In this document: piece after piece, positions 22,688 through 34,950 of the stretch
Numbering within the stretch: the stretch's first letter is position 1
Layout of the letters: each line of letters starts with the position of its first letter
Source of the DNA: Chiloscyllium plagiosum
Taxonomy: Eukaryota
Length of the DNA: 37,825 nt
Direction: 5' to 3'
NCBI RefSeq assembly: GCF_004010195.1
Contig: NC_057719.1
Location: forward strand, 47,477,501-47,515,325
Notes under the pieces: generated by a model
Told to the model about the DNA's origin: nothing
Database searches by the model: none
Seen by the model: the letters and a program-made list of their open reading frames with translations, nothing else
Made by a program: the position numbers and the translations under genes

Positions 22688-24272
22688 ATAAGACCATAAG
22701 ACATAGGAGTGGAAGTTAGGCCATTCGGCCCATAGAGTCCACTCCGCCATTCGATCATGGCTGATGGGCATTTCAACTCCACTTTCCCACATTCTCCCCA
22801 TAGCCCTTAATTCCTTGTGACATCAAGAATTTATCAATCTCTGCCTTGAAGACATTTAGCGTCCCGGTCTCCACGACACTCTGCGGCAATGAATTGCACA
22901 GACCCACCACTCTCTTGCTGAAGAAATGTCTCCGCATTTGTTCTGAATTTACCCCCTCTAATTCTAAGGCTGTGTCCACAGGTCCTAGTCTCCTCGCCTA
23001 ATGGAAACCATTTCCTAGCGTTCACCCTTTCCAAGCCATGTATTATCTTTTAAGTTTCTATTAGATCTCCCCTTAATCTGCTAAACTCCAATGAATACAA
23101 TCCCAGGATCCTCAGCCGTTCCTCATGTTAGACCTACCATTCCAGGGATCATCCGTGTGAATCTCCGCTGGACATGCTCCAGTGCCAGTATGTCCTTCCT
23201 AAGGTGTGGGGACCAAAACTGGACACAGTACTCCAAATGGGGCCTAACCAGAGCTTTATAAAGTCTCAATAGCACAACGGTGCTTGTATATTCCAACCCT
23301 CTTGAGATAAATGACAACATTGCATTCGCTTTCTTAATCACTGACTCGACCTGCATGTTTACCTTTAGAGAATCCTCGACTAGCACTCCCAGATCCCTTT
23401 GTACTTTGGCTTTATGAATTTTCTCACCGTTTAGAAAGTAGTCCATGCTTGTACTTTTTTTTTCCCCCAAAGTGCAAGACCTCGCAATTGCTCACATTGA
23501 ATTCCATCAGCCATTTCCTGGACCACTCTCCCAAACTGTCTAGATCCTTCTGCAGCCTCCCCACTTCCTCAGTGCTACCTGCCTGTCCACCTAACTTCGT
23601 ATCATCGGCAAACTTCGCTAGAATGCCCCCAGTTCCTTCATCCAGACCATTAATATATAAAGTGAACAGCTGCGGTTCCAACACTGAACCCTGCGGGACA
23701 CCGCTTGTCACCGGCTGCCATTCTGAAAAAGAACCTTTTATCCCAACTCTCTGCCTTCTGTCAGACAGCCAATTCTCAATCCATACCAGTAGCTCACCTC
23801 GAACACCATGGGCCCTCACCTTGCTCGCCAGCCTCCCGTGTGGCATCTTGTCAAAGGCCTTTTGGAAGTCTAGATAGACCACATCCCCTGGGTTTCCCTG
23901 GTCTAACCTACTTGTCACCTCTTCAAAGAATTCCAACAGGTTTGTCAGGCACGACCTCCCCTTACTAAATCCATGTTGACTTGTTCTAATCCGACCCTGC
24001 TCTTCCAAGAATTTAGAAACCTCATTCTTAATAATGGATTCTAGAATTTTGCCAACAACTGAGGTTAGGCTAATTGGCCTATAATTTTCCATCTTTTGTC
24101 TTGATCCTTTCTTGAACAAGGGGGTTACAACAGCGATCTGCCAATCATCTGACTCCAGTGACTTTTGAAAGATTTCAATCAACACCTCCGCTATTTCCTC
24201 AGCCACCTCACTCGGAACTCTAGGATGTAGCCCATTGGGGCCAGGAGATTTGTCAATTTTAAGACCTGTTAG
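22688..24272 (-). mobile_element. Relatively young 5'-truncated CR1 LINE (RT domain to 3' tail)
   Basis: 260-aa ORF 23424-24206 with NYRPISLTS, QHGF..GRSCLTNLLEFF, YLDFQKAFD, GVPQGSVL, FADDTK; frameshift at the T-run 23454-23463; tail ataagaccataagacatagg. Confidence 0.96.
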
Positions 24273-24754
24273 CTATATATTTATTTGTTATTTATCTATT
24301 AAAATTGACACCTAAAATCCAAATAAGGTTAGCTTTTGGTTTGGTTCTCAACCTTTTTCAAATGGTGGTTTTTCTGTGTGTTGTGGGTAATATGAAGGTA
24401 TAAACGTGATATTGTGAAGTAGTTAAAAATTGTTTTTTATTTAATTGCCATGAAAACTAGGTCACTGCATTAAATTTGATTATTCAAAGGACTACATACC
24501 GTTTAGTTTGTAGTAATGTTTGACTGTGACTGAGAACCACGGTGTATTCAATTACTGCAACCGATGCCAGTGTGAAATTGAAAAACAAGTATTGTCATCC
24601 CTACAAAATGTGTTCTCAACCAAATAATTCCCTTTTGGGGAAAAAAGCAGCTTTATGACAAATGCATCTTTAAAAACACTTGTCAAGATAACTCGTTTTG
24701 ACTTCTGTTTCTCATCTAGGAAATGAAAATTGTTTACTTAAGAAATATACTATG

Positions 24755-24976
24755 GAGTACAAAAACAGACATTGCTGGAAAAGCTCAGCAGGTCTGGCAG
24801 CATCTGTGAAGAGAAATCAAAGTTATGTTTTGGATCTGGTGACCCTTCCTCAGAGCCTGGACCCAAAGCGCTAACTCAGATTTCTCCTCTCTGATGCTGG
24901 CAGACCAGCTGAGCTTTTCCAGCAACATCTGTTTTTGTTTGTGAATTACAGCACCTGTCGTTCTTTCACTTTTTAC
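24755..24976. mobile_element. Fold-back PLE family A mini-element with TSD
   Basis: Inverted arms ~24760-24835 / ~24860-24938 match the 2340 and 3940 termini; flanked by atactat (24747-53 / 24977-83). Confidence 0.82.
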
Positions 24977-25889
24977 ATACTATTAAGTAGTTTTGTGATT
25001 ACTATTTTAACAAAGTTATTTTCAGAGCATGAACGTAATGTGCTTTATTTTTGTGAATTTAGATCTTAACGTATTCTAGTCAGTAAGGTTTTAAGATCAG
25101 TAATTGTTAAAGATATTTATTGTCTGTGTCAGGACAATTTCCTTCCTTGTTAGTCTGGACTTGTCGTTCCTGATGGAAATAATTTTTAACCAGATATGGT
25201 AATATTCAAATGCCTGTGTCTTATTACCTATACTATTAAATGTGTTCATTTTCCCTTGTTTGGGTTTTCTAAATGTCCTGAGATATTGGTTTGTCATCTC
25301 TAAGAAGTTTTATCTGATTCATATTTTATCTTGCCTATTGGACCTTAGACAGCCCATTTCGGTATCCAAAATTTGTCATTATTATTCTTGATTTAGGCAA
25401 AATTCTTACTCAAAATACAGTGACAAATCGTCATATCTACTGAGGAGCATAGTACAAACAAACACCCACAAATCACCAGTTAAAAATTAGCAAAAATAAA
25501 TTCAGGTGGGAGTTGTAGAAAGGCCTAGCACCAAGAAAATACTCCAGTTGTCCAGTTATGTTTCGAAAATCTTGTGGCTTGACGTGTTTCTTTGAAAAAG
25601 TGTAATGAAAGTTGTACTGTTACACATCCAATGTACAGTGAAGTAGCTGTTAAGTAGGATACCCAAACTGTGGACTTGACATTTTGGAGTCACAAGCACC
25701 TTTAGCCAGCAAGGCTTCCTTTTAAATCCATGCAGTTTTTTGAAAATAAGTGCATTCCTTGCTCCACCCAAAAAGCCTTCGATCTGCAGTTCAAGCATCA
25801 AAGTGGAGTTGCACTGGTGAAAAGTTTGGGAAGCACTGGTTAAGAGTCATGAATAGCTTTTTTTCTCTCAGCCCCTTTCAGAGCCTTGG

Positions 25890-26135
25890 CTCGAGTCATC
25901 GAGATGTACAACACGGAAACAGACTGTTTGTTCGGTCCAACCTGTCCATGCTGACCTGATATCCCAACCCAATCTAGTCCCACCTGCCAGCACGCACCTG
26001 GCCCATATCCCTCCAAACTCTTCCTATTCATATTCCCATCTAAATGCCTCTTTAAATGTTGCAATTGTACCAGCCTCCACCACTTCCTCTTTCAGGTCAT
26101 TCCATATACGTACTGCCCTCTGTGGAAAAAGTTTG
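25890..26135 (-). mobile_element. CR1 3' end fragment
   Basis: Reverse complement reads RAVRIWNDL..KRHLDGNMNRKSLEGYGP plus 3' UTR; same subfamily as 33931-34950. Confidence 0.85.
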
Positions 26136-27197
26136 TTCAAGGAGCAAAATTCCAAAATCAGAATAGCTGCAATAAATAGTTGAAGCAATTGTTGTTGAGT
26201 TCCTTGTCAATGCTGCTTTGCTAATTTTTGTAAAACAACTTTAGCATGAACATAAAGCAATGAATAAAACTCATGACTGTGTCATTCTGGCACATGTTCA
26301 CTCTTATCCATTCTATCAATATTTGTTTGATGCCTGTCCATCTTTGTTTCTGTCTGTCTCTTTTTAAATTTTGTTGCTCCCTCTATCCTCCTGGCTCTTG
26401 TCTGCTTTGCAGGTGTGTGTGAACCCAAATGCTTTGGTGTAGGTATGTGAGCTAGACGCCAAATATCCCACCACCTCGTGTGCACAAAGCACTAGCACCC
26501 TTTGGTCATCCAAACTTCCCAGGACATACTGATATGAACTACTAATGCATTTGTGTAAGACCCAAGCTGCTTGCTCACCACCACCCTCCCATCTTCCTCC
26601 TAGCATTTCCCTTTGAATGCTACAACCCATTGTAATTTTCATTTCATATCTGGATCGGTACTTTGTTTCTAAACTGTGTGTTCCTGCTCTAAAAAGAGGC
26701 AACATTTCTCATTTTGAGTTATCATCTTTTAATGTGAGATCACTGAAGTCTGGAAGTCCATCACTTGGTTTGTTTGTCTTTGCCTAGAAGCCTGGGCAAG
26801 CAGTAAATCAGAAATTTTAATTTGTGGGTAGTTGTGAGGGTGCCTGTATGTGATAGTTGTTAACTGTATAGGTAAATTTAATCTTAGAACAATTTTCTTT
26901 TTCCTTGTGTTACACAAAAACACCTTTCAAACTGAAGTGGAGTTCAGCAATTTTCAATAGGTGATTTAATTTAGTTTAGTTACCTTTTTTTAAAGTAGCC
27001 TTTCTAATTGGTTACTTTAACTCTTGTTATTTGTTCAAAGCCATGTTCAGTTGTAATTGAGTTTGGCCAGGTATTTTCACAATTCTACTCCAAATGTAAT
27101 AATATAAGATGTAGTACATTTCAAATGCAACATTTAATATAGAATATTGTATTCTAAATGTGTATTTAAATTAGCAGCAGACTACTTAAAATTGGTG

Positions 27198-27273
27198 AGG
27201 AGAAAGTGAGGTCTGCAGATGCTGGAGATCAGAGCTGAAAATGTGTTGCTGTAAAGCGCAGCAGGTCAGGTAG
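27198..27273 (-). mobile_element. PLE family B terminus running into an assembly gap
   Basis: gaggagaaagtgaggtctgcagatgctggagatcagag..gcagcaggtcagg is the reverse complement of 12765-12836. Confidence 0.8.
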
Positions 27274-27773
27274 NNNNNNNNNNNNNNNNNNNNNNNNNNN
27301 NNNNNNNNNNNNNNNNNNNNNNNNNNNNNNNNNNNNNNNNNNNNNNNNNNNNNNNNNNNNNNNNNNNNNNNNNNNNNNNNNNNNNNNNNNNNNNNNNNNN
27401 NNNNNNNNNNNNNNNNNNNNNNNNNNNNNNNNNNNNNNNNNNNNNNNNNNNNNNNNNNNNNNNNNNNNNNNNNNNNNNNNNNNNNNNNNNNNNNNNNNNN
27501 NNNNNNNNNNNNNNNNNNNNNNNNNNNNNNNNNNNNNNNNNNNNNNNNNNNNNNNNNNNNNNNNNNNNNNNNNNNNNNNNNNNNNNNNNNNNNNNNNNNN
27601 NNNNNNNNNNNNNNNNNNNNNNNNNNNNNNNNNNNNNNNNNNNNNNNNNNNNNNNNNNNNNNNNNNNNNNNNNNNNNNNNNNNNNNNNNNNNNNNNNNNN
27701 NNNNNNNNNNNNNNNNNNNNNNNNNNNNNNNNNNNNNNNNNNNNNNNNNNNNNNNNNNNNNNNNNNNNNNNNN
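27274..27773. other. Assembly gap (500 N)
   Basis: N run. Confidence 1.
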
Positions 27774-27825
27774 GACTTCTCTCAAAACCAGGCAGCTTTT
27801 GGTTCTGCTCTGATTTCCTGTCTTT

Positions 27826-27964
27826 TTCTTGGGGATTCTGCTTCACAGGTTACTGATTGATACAGGTACTTTTTCAAGAGAGCTATTTTTCGGGCAGTCC
27901 TTTTACATGCTGGTGGCTTGGCAGTTGTCCTCTCAACTATTCACTTTTTCCTGGTCTTCTTACC
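27826..27964. repeat. ~140-bp dispersed repeat, inverted copy of 17379-17516
   Basis: Direct alignment by eye. Confidence 0.9.
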
Positions 27965-29369
27965 ACACCCCCGCTCCCCCCACCAAAGTATTGGATTGTG
28001 TCATTGGCTTTTAAGATTGTCAACATACTCAATTTGCACTTGATCAGAATTTGGTATTTTTGGGGTATAGTTTAAACTGGCCAAATTTTAATTTGTCTCT
28101 TAGCAACTCATCCAGTGTTATCTTTTCTGAACCAAGTGTTACATTGTAAAATCTCCAGCACTCGGTGTTTGCCAAGTCCTTCACTCTCTCTTAAAGATAC
28201 AGTACACTTGTACACCTTCATAACACTATCAATTAGCACAAGACTACCCTAATTTAAAAAGTCATTTTTCAATGTGAATAACAGTTGGGGACAAGAAATA
28301 TTGTTGTGCTTTGAATATACTCATGAACAGAATTTTATAATCTCCCACTGGTGTGCTTGAAAGTGGGGTGCTCAAATGGAGAGGGTGGACTTCTTACCCC
28401 ACCCATCAATTGTGGGAATTGAGCTGCTTTAGCTAAGCCAGTTGACCTTCAGTAAGGGGGAAAGGCTTCTCCTTCTAGAATCCACTTGACAAACCCCTCG
28501 TGCAAATACTTGATATATTTTCTGTCCAGTCAGAAGACTTCAGCCAAACCTGAGGTGAGAGGATCTGATCATAGAACTGTTGGTCTTGGCTGTTATTGCT
28601 GTAATGGCATATTAATAAGGATATGCCATATGCAATAATGATCAAAAGAAGGGCTACATTGAAACAGTTTGCTTAGTAAAGGCCAAAGAAGGCAGAGAGC
28701 TCACTCCAATGATAATGAGAACTGGAATTGCCACGAGGGCAGAATTTGCAGTTATGAAGTGAATCCAGAATGCAGCTATGATGATATAGCATTAATGAGA
28801 GCAATTCAAATAAGATTTTTTTTTGTGTAAAGTTGATGAAAGATCAGCAGTGCATCACCATATATACTGGTAAACTGCATATTATTCCATTATGAATAGG
28901 GAATATGCAATAGCAAACGCAGTAACATGCCTATTCTTATGAGGTGTCAAAATGGATGAATGAAATGCCATGTCCATTTAAGGGCAAGTTCAGTGGTGTA
29001 GCAAGATATAGTAAGCAACCAACTGATTTAAGACTGGTTTTGTAAACTGAAGTTGGATTGGAAGCTGTTTTTCAAGTAATTAACTTTTGAATAGCTACAG
29101 TGATGTTTTTGAGGACAGTTATGAAGGCATAATTGCCATGGAAGCACAAATCTGCATCAAATTTGTATATCTGATCAATATATTGCCAGATAAGGTCAGT
29201 TCCTTTAGTTCCATTAAACCTCCAATTTTAATAATATAAAGAATCTAATGACCATTGGTGCATTAATGAAAACTTAGTGCAGTGATTGGATACTGAATCT
29301 GTAATTATATCCAAGTTTGACAAAAGTATCTGACTTATCGTGGATAACAAAGGCGCAACAGTGGACCAG

Positions 29370-29790
29370 AAGACAGTAGAAGTAGGCCATTCAGTCTACT
29401 GAGTCTGCTCTGTCATTCAGTGATATCATGAATGATTTGATGTTCCTCAACTCCACTTTCCTGCTTTTATACCATAACCCTTGATTCCCTTACTCTTTGA
29501 AAAATCAGCCTAATGAACCTCCTATGGACTGTCTCCAATATCCGTATAATCTTCCCTTTTGAGGGGCACCAAAAAGTTCACAGTATTCCGGCTGTGATCC
29601 AACTAATGCTGTATATAGCTTTTATGAAGACCTCCCTACTTTATCTTTTCATTCCCTTTTGAAATAAAGGCCAACATTCCATTTGCCTTCTTGCTGAACT
29701 TGGATGCTAGCTTTTTGTGATTAGTGGACAAGGACTCCCAGATACCTCTGTTCTATAGCTTTCAGCATGTCTTTCCTATCTAAATAATAT

Positions 29791-29833
<43 letters not shown>

Positions 29834-29915
29834 TGTAAAGTGCATAACCTCACATACTCCATCTGCCAACCGTTTGTCCATATACTTAATTTGTCTATAA
29901 CCCTCTGGAGACCCT
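29370..29915 (-). mobile_element. Degenerate CR1 3' fragment containing a (CT)n microsatellite at 29793-29830
   Basis: agaagtaggccattcag 3' UTR; minus strand KANGMLAFISKG, PEYCE. Confidence 0.75.
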
Positions 29916-29936
29916 CATGACTCACTTTCCATCATG

Positions 29937-30125
29937 TGTTGGACTGGGATAGGCAAAGTGAGAAGTCACAACACCAGGTTATAGTCCAATAGGTTTATTT
30001 GCAATCATGTGCTGTCAGACTGCTGCTCCTTTGCCAGGTGAACCCTATGACTGAGCAGCGCCTCTAAAAGCTTGTGATCTTAAGTTAAACCTATTGGACT
30101 ACAACCTGGGGTCATGGGACTTCTC
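29937..30125. mobile_element. Fold-back PLE family C mini-element
   Basis: gagaagtc..ccaggttatagtccaataggttta versus taaacctattggactacaacctgg..gacttctc inverted arms around decayed hammerhead halves. Confidence 0.75.
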
Positions 30126-32509
30126 TCGTTTTCCCACCAGGCCAAATAAGCTTTATTAGTTTAAAAGGTCAGGCCTGGGGGCTAATTGGAGGCTGAACCA
30201 TGATAAAGGTTTGTATGCTCACAGTGACCCTAGGAAGGGCATTGAGTTTAAACAGAGCACAAGTTGGCTATTAATGGGATCAGTACCTGGGAATTTATTC
30301 TGTCAAATCTGGAAGAGACCCTATGATCAATGAGATGGCAGAGAGAGAAGAACCAGAATTCAAGTATTTTTTAATTATCTCTTCTGGTGAGATGAGTTTG
30401 GCCACTGACAACACAAGATGGAGATTTCAAAGCTCCCTGCTGAATCTTCTGTACCAGCTTTCAGAAACTTTGAAAACATGAGTTGGACGTATTGCTGCCT
30501 TTATCTGGTTGAACTGAGAAGGTGACCCTGATCGGTTCTGGAAAAGTAATCAAGGTATCCACATCCATGCCTGTGAAACAATGTTTAATGAAAACCATTT
30601 AGGTGGCCAGATCTATTATTTTGGTGTGTGTGTGTCTATCTCTTATGTAAATAGGAGCTGAGACAAATGCTTTTTTTTAAAGTATCAACATTAATCTGTT
30701 TATTTTCTGTGCTAAAGTTGTGTATTTTATAAATAAAGCCTTTATATTTGAGATACAGTATAAATGTCTAGAATTAATTATTCACTAAGTGAGGGATTGA
30801 TTATCCAAAAGTCTGGTTAGGAACTATTTGGGGTCTTCAGTTTAATTTTACTGTGGTGCAAATGCATTACATTGGTAGGTTGATTTTTTTTTTTTGGTTC
30901 AGCTGCATCTCTGTCGTAACAACATCTTGCCAATTTTTGCCTGAAAACAATGACTTTGCTGTCTCCCAGTATTTGTTTGGAAAACACTTTTTTGCTCCTT
31001 GAATACTAAGGTGTCAAACGAAGATGTCAAATTTTCTGAAAACCCAACCAGAATGAGAGTTGGGAGAACTGATGGTGAGGTAGCGCTGCACTCATGTACA
31101 TTTGGAACAAATTCTTCATGAATTCTGAAGATCGACATGTGCAGTATGCTGTCACACTCAACATGTATTAGAGGATATCATAACCAAACTGTTTAGTACA
31201 GTTGTCATTGCAAGTCTCCAAATATTGTATTTCTGCCTATGAGTTATGAAAACACATCTATGAAAAATCATAATTAACCAACCGCTTGGATTCTCTAGGG
31301 TAGAAAATTGGTTGGATGACATAGCTCCTATCTTTGACAATTGGAGAAAAGAATTCTCACAAAATCTATATGATTTTGTTTCCCATGTAGGTTATTCACC
31401 TGTAATGAGCATTGAGATCAACATGTGTAAAATGGAGATTAATGTTTATTTATGGTTCCCTTTTTGAAATTGATTTTGCTTGATAGGTTGAAGTATGCTG
31501 TCAGTTTTTCAGGCTCACAGCAGCCAAACTGGTAGTCTGGAATGGGAACAATATAAAGGAGAACTAATAGTACATCATATTTAAAATTAAAACATCCAAA
31601 GGATTAAATCTTTACCAATAATTAATCTTCTAATCAAATTTTAATAGGAGCTTTACTGCAGCAATTTATGCACATTCTGACCTGAAAATGTATATTATTT
31701 TTGCAGTCCTGTCAAGCTTTAAAGAGGCCAGTTTTGTTTCATTCCGAAATCCCAGTTTCTGAAGCCATAGTAGCTGTTGTGATAAGAGGATTCAAATATC
31801 ATTTGTACATTTATTTCATACCCTCAAGTTTGTTTTTTCAGTTTATCATGGAATACATAATGTGCCTGTCATCACCTTTAGAAAGAGGTGATTTATTTCA
31901 GAATTGGTGAAATATTGGACAATTGTGACCAAGGAGCTATGTGAATTTTCTCCTTTAGTTGAAGCTGTTCTGTATTGCCAGGATTTTCTATTCTTTTGCC
32001 AAAAATCTGACATTGGCATTTTTTCAGAGGGTTTACTATTTAGATTCTCCAGGGTACATAAGTTCATAAGATTTAGCTTGTTAAGTAAATATTGTCAGCT
32101 ATGAGCATAATACTATGGAAGCTAGATATCTGAAAGAATGAATGTGGAAATATTGAACAGGTCAGGCTACACCCATGGAGAGATGAAGAATTGATGTTTT
32201 CAAATTGGGGCTTAATGTTTGAAAGTACTGCAAAACAGGCAGGGTCAAGGACCTTGCACCTGATTTATCATTTCTGATTTAAAATATTATCTACTTGGGG
32301 AATGCCCATTTTAATTAGTCATTCACAGTATGGTCTGTTTACAAGTAAAGGATTAAAAGGTACTATGTTGATGTGCCAAGTGAGGTATAAAGGTAGCATT
32401 AAAGTTCCAATAACAGGAGATACTTATTTTGGTTTTATGAATTTCACCATCACCACTCCAAATAGTATGGGGGTTCCCTTTTAAAAATGAACAAAATGTA
32501 CCAAAGGAT

Positions 32510-33930
32510 GATAAAACACCAGGTTATTGTCCGACAGGTTTATTTGGAGGCACTAGCTTTCAAAGCACTACTTCTTCGGGTGGTTGTGGAGCAGAATCAT
32601 GCGACACAGAATTTATAACAACAGGATTGTAGTTTCACAAAATGTAATATTAAACAAATTTACCTTGATCATTCTAAAAGATGAAAGACTCATGTTAATT
32701 TCGATTCCTTAATATGTAAATCCCAGAACTTAAAGTTACATTCTCAGGGTAGCTTTTAACAATAGGTGCCATCTCGGCTCAAATTATGCATTGAAGGTAT
32801 GAAGTTAGTCTGTCTGTATCCCAATGTTAGGTCAGACTGATTCTACTTCTAAAGTGGGATTTAGAGAATTTTTTACACTGATTTATGCAGTTTTTGAGCA
32901 AAATAAAATGTAATTCTGCAAGTGCAAATTCACCTCTCAAACTTGTATGTGCGCGTGTGCACCAGGGAGCCTGAGGGAGTGTGTAATGGGGTAGTGTGGG
33001 GATGTTTGTGTGAGCGCATGCTCGTGAGTAAGTGTAAAGTGCAGTGTGGTCACCTGTAGTGTGACATGAACGCAAGGTCCTTATTGAGGCCATCCCCACG
33101 GATATCAAACTTGCCTATCAGCCTCTGCTCGGCCACTTTTTTTGTATTGTTGCCTGTCCTGAAGTCCACCTTGGAGGATGGTCACCAGAAGCAGTCCAGG
33201 ACATTTAGCCTCTGACCGGAGGTGTTCCCTGACTGGAAGGGAACATTCCTAGATGGTGACTTTGTCATGTCCATCCATCAGTTTCTGCAGCCTCTGCTTG
33301 GTCTTGCCTAGGTACCATGCCTCAGGGCATCCTTATGCAGCGTATGAGAGAGACAACATTGGCAGAGTGACAGACTACCTGTCACGAAATGGTGGTGGTG
33401 ACCCCATGTGTAATGGTGGTACCCATATTGACACTCTGACACATCTTAGTGTCTGCCATGTCAGGATTGTATGGTGTTGTCCTGAAGGTTAGGCAGTTTG
33501 CTGCAAACAATGATCTGTTTGAGATTCAGTGGTTCTTTAAAGACAAAGAAGTGGAGGTGTCGGGAAGGTCTTGGTGAGGTGCTCATCCTCATCAATAATG
33601 TGTTGCAGGTCGCAAAGAACATAGGGTACCTTTTTCAATACTTCCCGGGAGCCAAAAAACTACACTCAGTTGCAGCTCATGTCGGTATCTTGAGGTCATT
33701 ATGGTTTCTCACTGTGACACATCAAAACTGGCGGTTGATGAGTAGAGCATTGTACCCCGTTCTTATGAGGGATCCTTGAGTACTTTCAAATGTTCATCAC
33801 GTTCCTCCTCATCCGAAAAGATCCTGTGTATGTGTGGGGCTTGTCTGTAGGGGTTGGCTGTTTTACTATGTTTAGGGTGGAAGCCTGATGAAGAAGCAGC
33901 ACTTTGAAAGTTAATGCTTTCAAATAAATT
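32510..33930 (-). mobile_element. Penelope-like element remnant (family C) with GIY-YIG and inverted termini
   Basis: Minus strand 33270-33381 reads CHSANVVSLIRC / GCPEAWYLGKTKQRLQKLMDG (GIY-YIG); family C terminus at 32515-32590 (-) and inverted copy CTGATGA..GAAA at 33885-33928 (+). Confidence 0.85.
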
Positions 33931-34950
33931 GCGTGCAATTCTGGACTCCTTCCTATCGGAAAGATGTGAAACTTGAAAGGGTTCAGAAAAAATTTACAAG
34001 GATGTTGCCAGGGTTGGAGGATTTGAGCTCCAGGGAGAGGCTGAACAGGCTGGGGCTGTTTTCCCTGGAGTGTCGGAGGCTGAGGGGTGACCTTATAGAG
34101 GTTTACAAAGTTGAGGGGCATGGATAGGATAAATAGACTCTGGCGTCTTTTCCCTGGGCTCGTGGAGTCCAGAACTAGAGGGCATAGGTTTAGGGTGAGA
34201 GGGGAAAGATATAAAAGAGACCTAAGGAGCAACTTTTTCATGCAGAGGGTGGTACGTGTATGGAATGAGCTGCCAGAGGAAGTGCTGAAGGCTGGTACAA
34301 TTGCAACATTTAGGAGGCATTTGGATGGGTATATGAATAGGAAGGGTTTGANNNNNNNNNNNNNNNNNNNNNNNNNNNNNNNNNNNNNNNNNNNNNNNNN
34401 NNNNNNNNNNNNNNNNNNNNNNNNNNNNNNNNNNNNNNNNNNNNNNNNNNNNNNNNNNNNNNNNNNNNNNNNNNNNNNNNNNNNNNNNNNNNNNNNNNNN
34501 NNNNNNNNNNNNNNNNNNNNNNNNNNNNNNNNNNNNNNNNNNNNNNNNNNNNNNNNNNNNNNNNNNNNNNNNNNNNNNNNNNNNNNNNNNNNNNNNNNNN
34601 NNNNNNNNNNNNNNNNNNNNNNNNNNNNNNNNNNNNNNNNNNNNNNNNNNNNNNNNNNNNNNNNNNNNNNNNNNNNNNNNNNNNNNNNNNNNNNNNNNNN
34701 NNNNNNNNNNNNNNNNNNNNNNNNNNNNNNNNNNNNNNNNNNNNNNNNNNNNNNNNNNNNNNNNNNNNNNNNNNNNNNNNNNNNNNNNNNNNNNNNNNNN
34801 NNNNNNNNNNNNNNNNNNNNNNNNNNNNNNNNNNNNNNNNNNNNNNNNNNNNNNNNNNNNNNNNNNNNNNNNNNNNNNNNNNNNNNNNNNNNNNNNNNNN
34901 NNNNNNNNNNNNGGTTGGACCGAAGGGTCTGTTTCAATGCTGTACATCAG
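33931..34950 (+). mobile_element. Young CR1 3' portion spanning an assembly gap
   Basis: [60 protein letters not shown]; 3' UTR resumes at 34913. Confidence 0.93.
34352..34912. other. Assembly gap (561 N)
   Basis: N run. Confidence 1.

Noticed and set aside
23123..24206. Active reverse transcriptase gene
   Set aside because: 5'-truncated CR1 with frameshifts and no endonuclease or ORF1
27186..27846. Long ORFs at 27.2 kb (and 33786-35022)
   Set aside because: Artefacts of N runs translated as X
30160..30860. Possible solo LTRs (also ~20150-20830 and ~35000-35640)
   Set aside because: Only a compositional impression; could not define TG..CA ends, TSDs or a second copy
30884..31000. Strong polypyrimidine tract plus CAG acceptor
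   Set aside because: All three frames stop within ~100 nt and there is no homology
31690..31760. Possible next SAMD4A exon (ttttttgcag|tc ctg tca; LKR nearby)
   Set aside because: The phase-1 frame reads ILSSFKEASFVSFRNPSF* and stops; no sustained match to the expected downstream SAMD4A sequence
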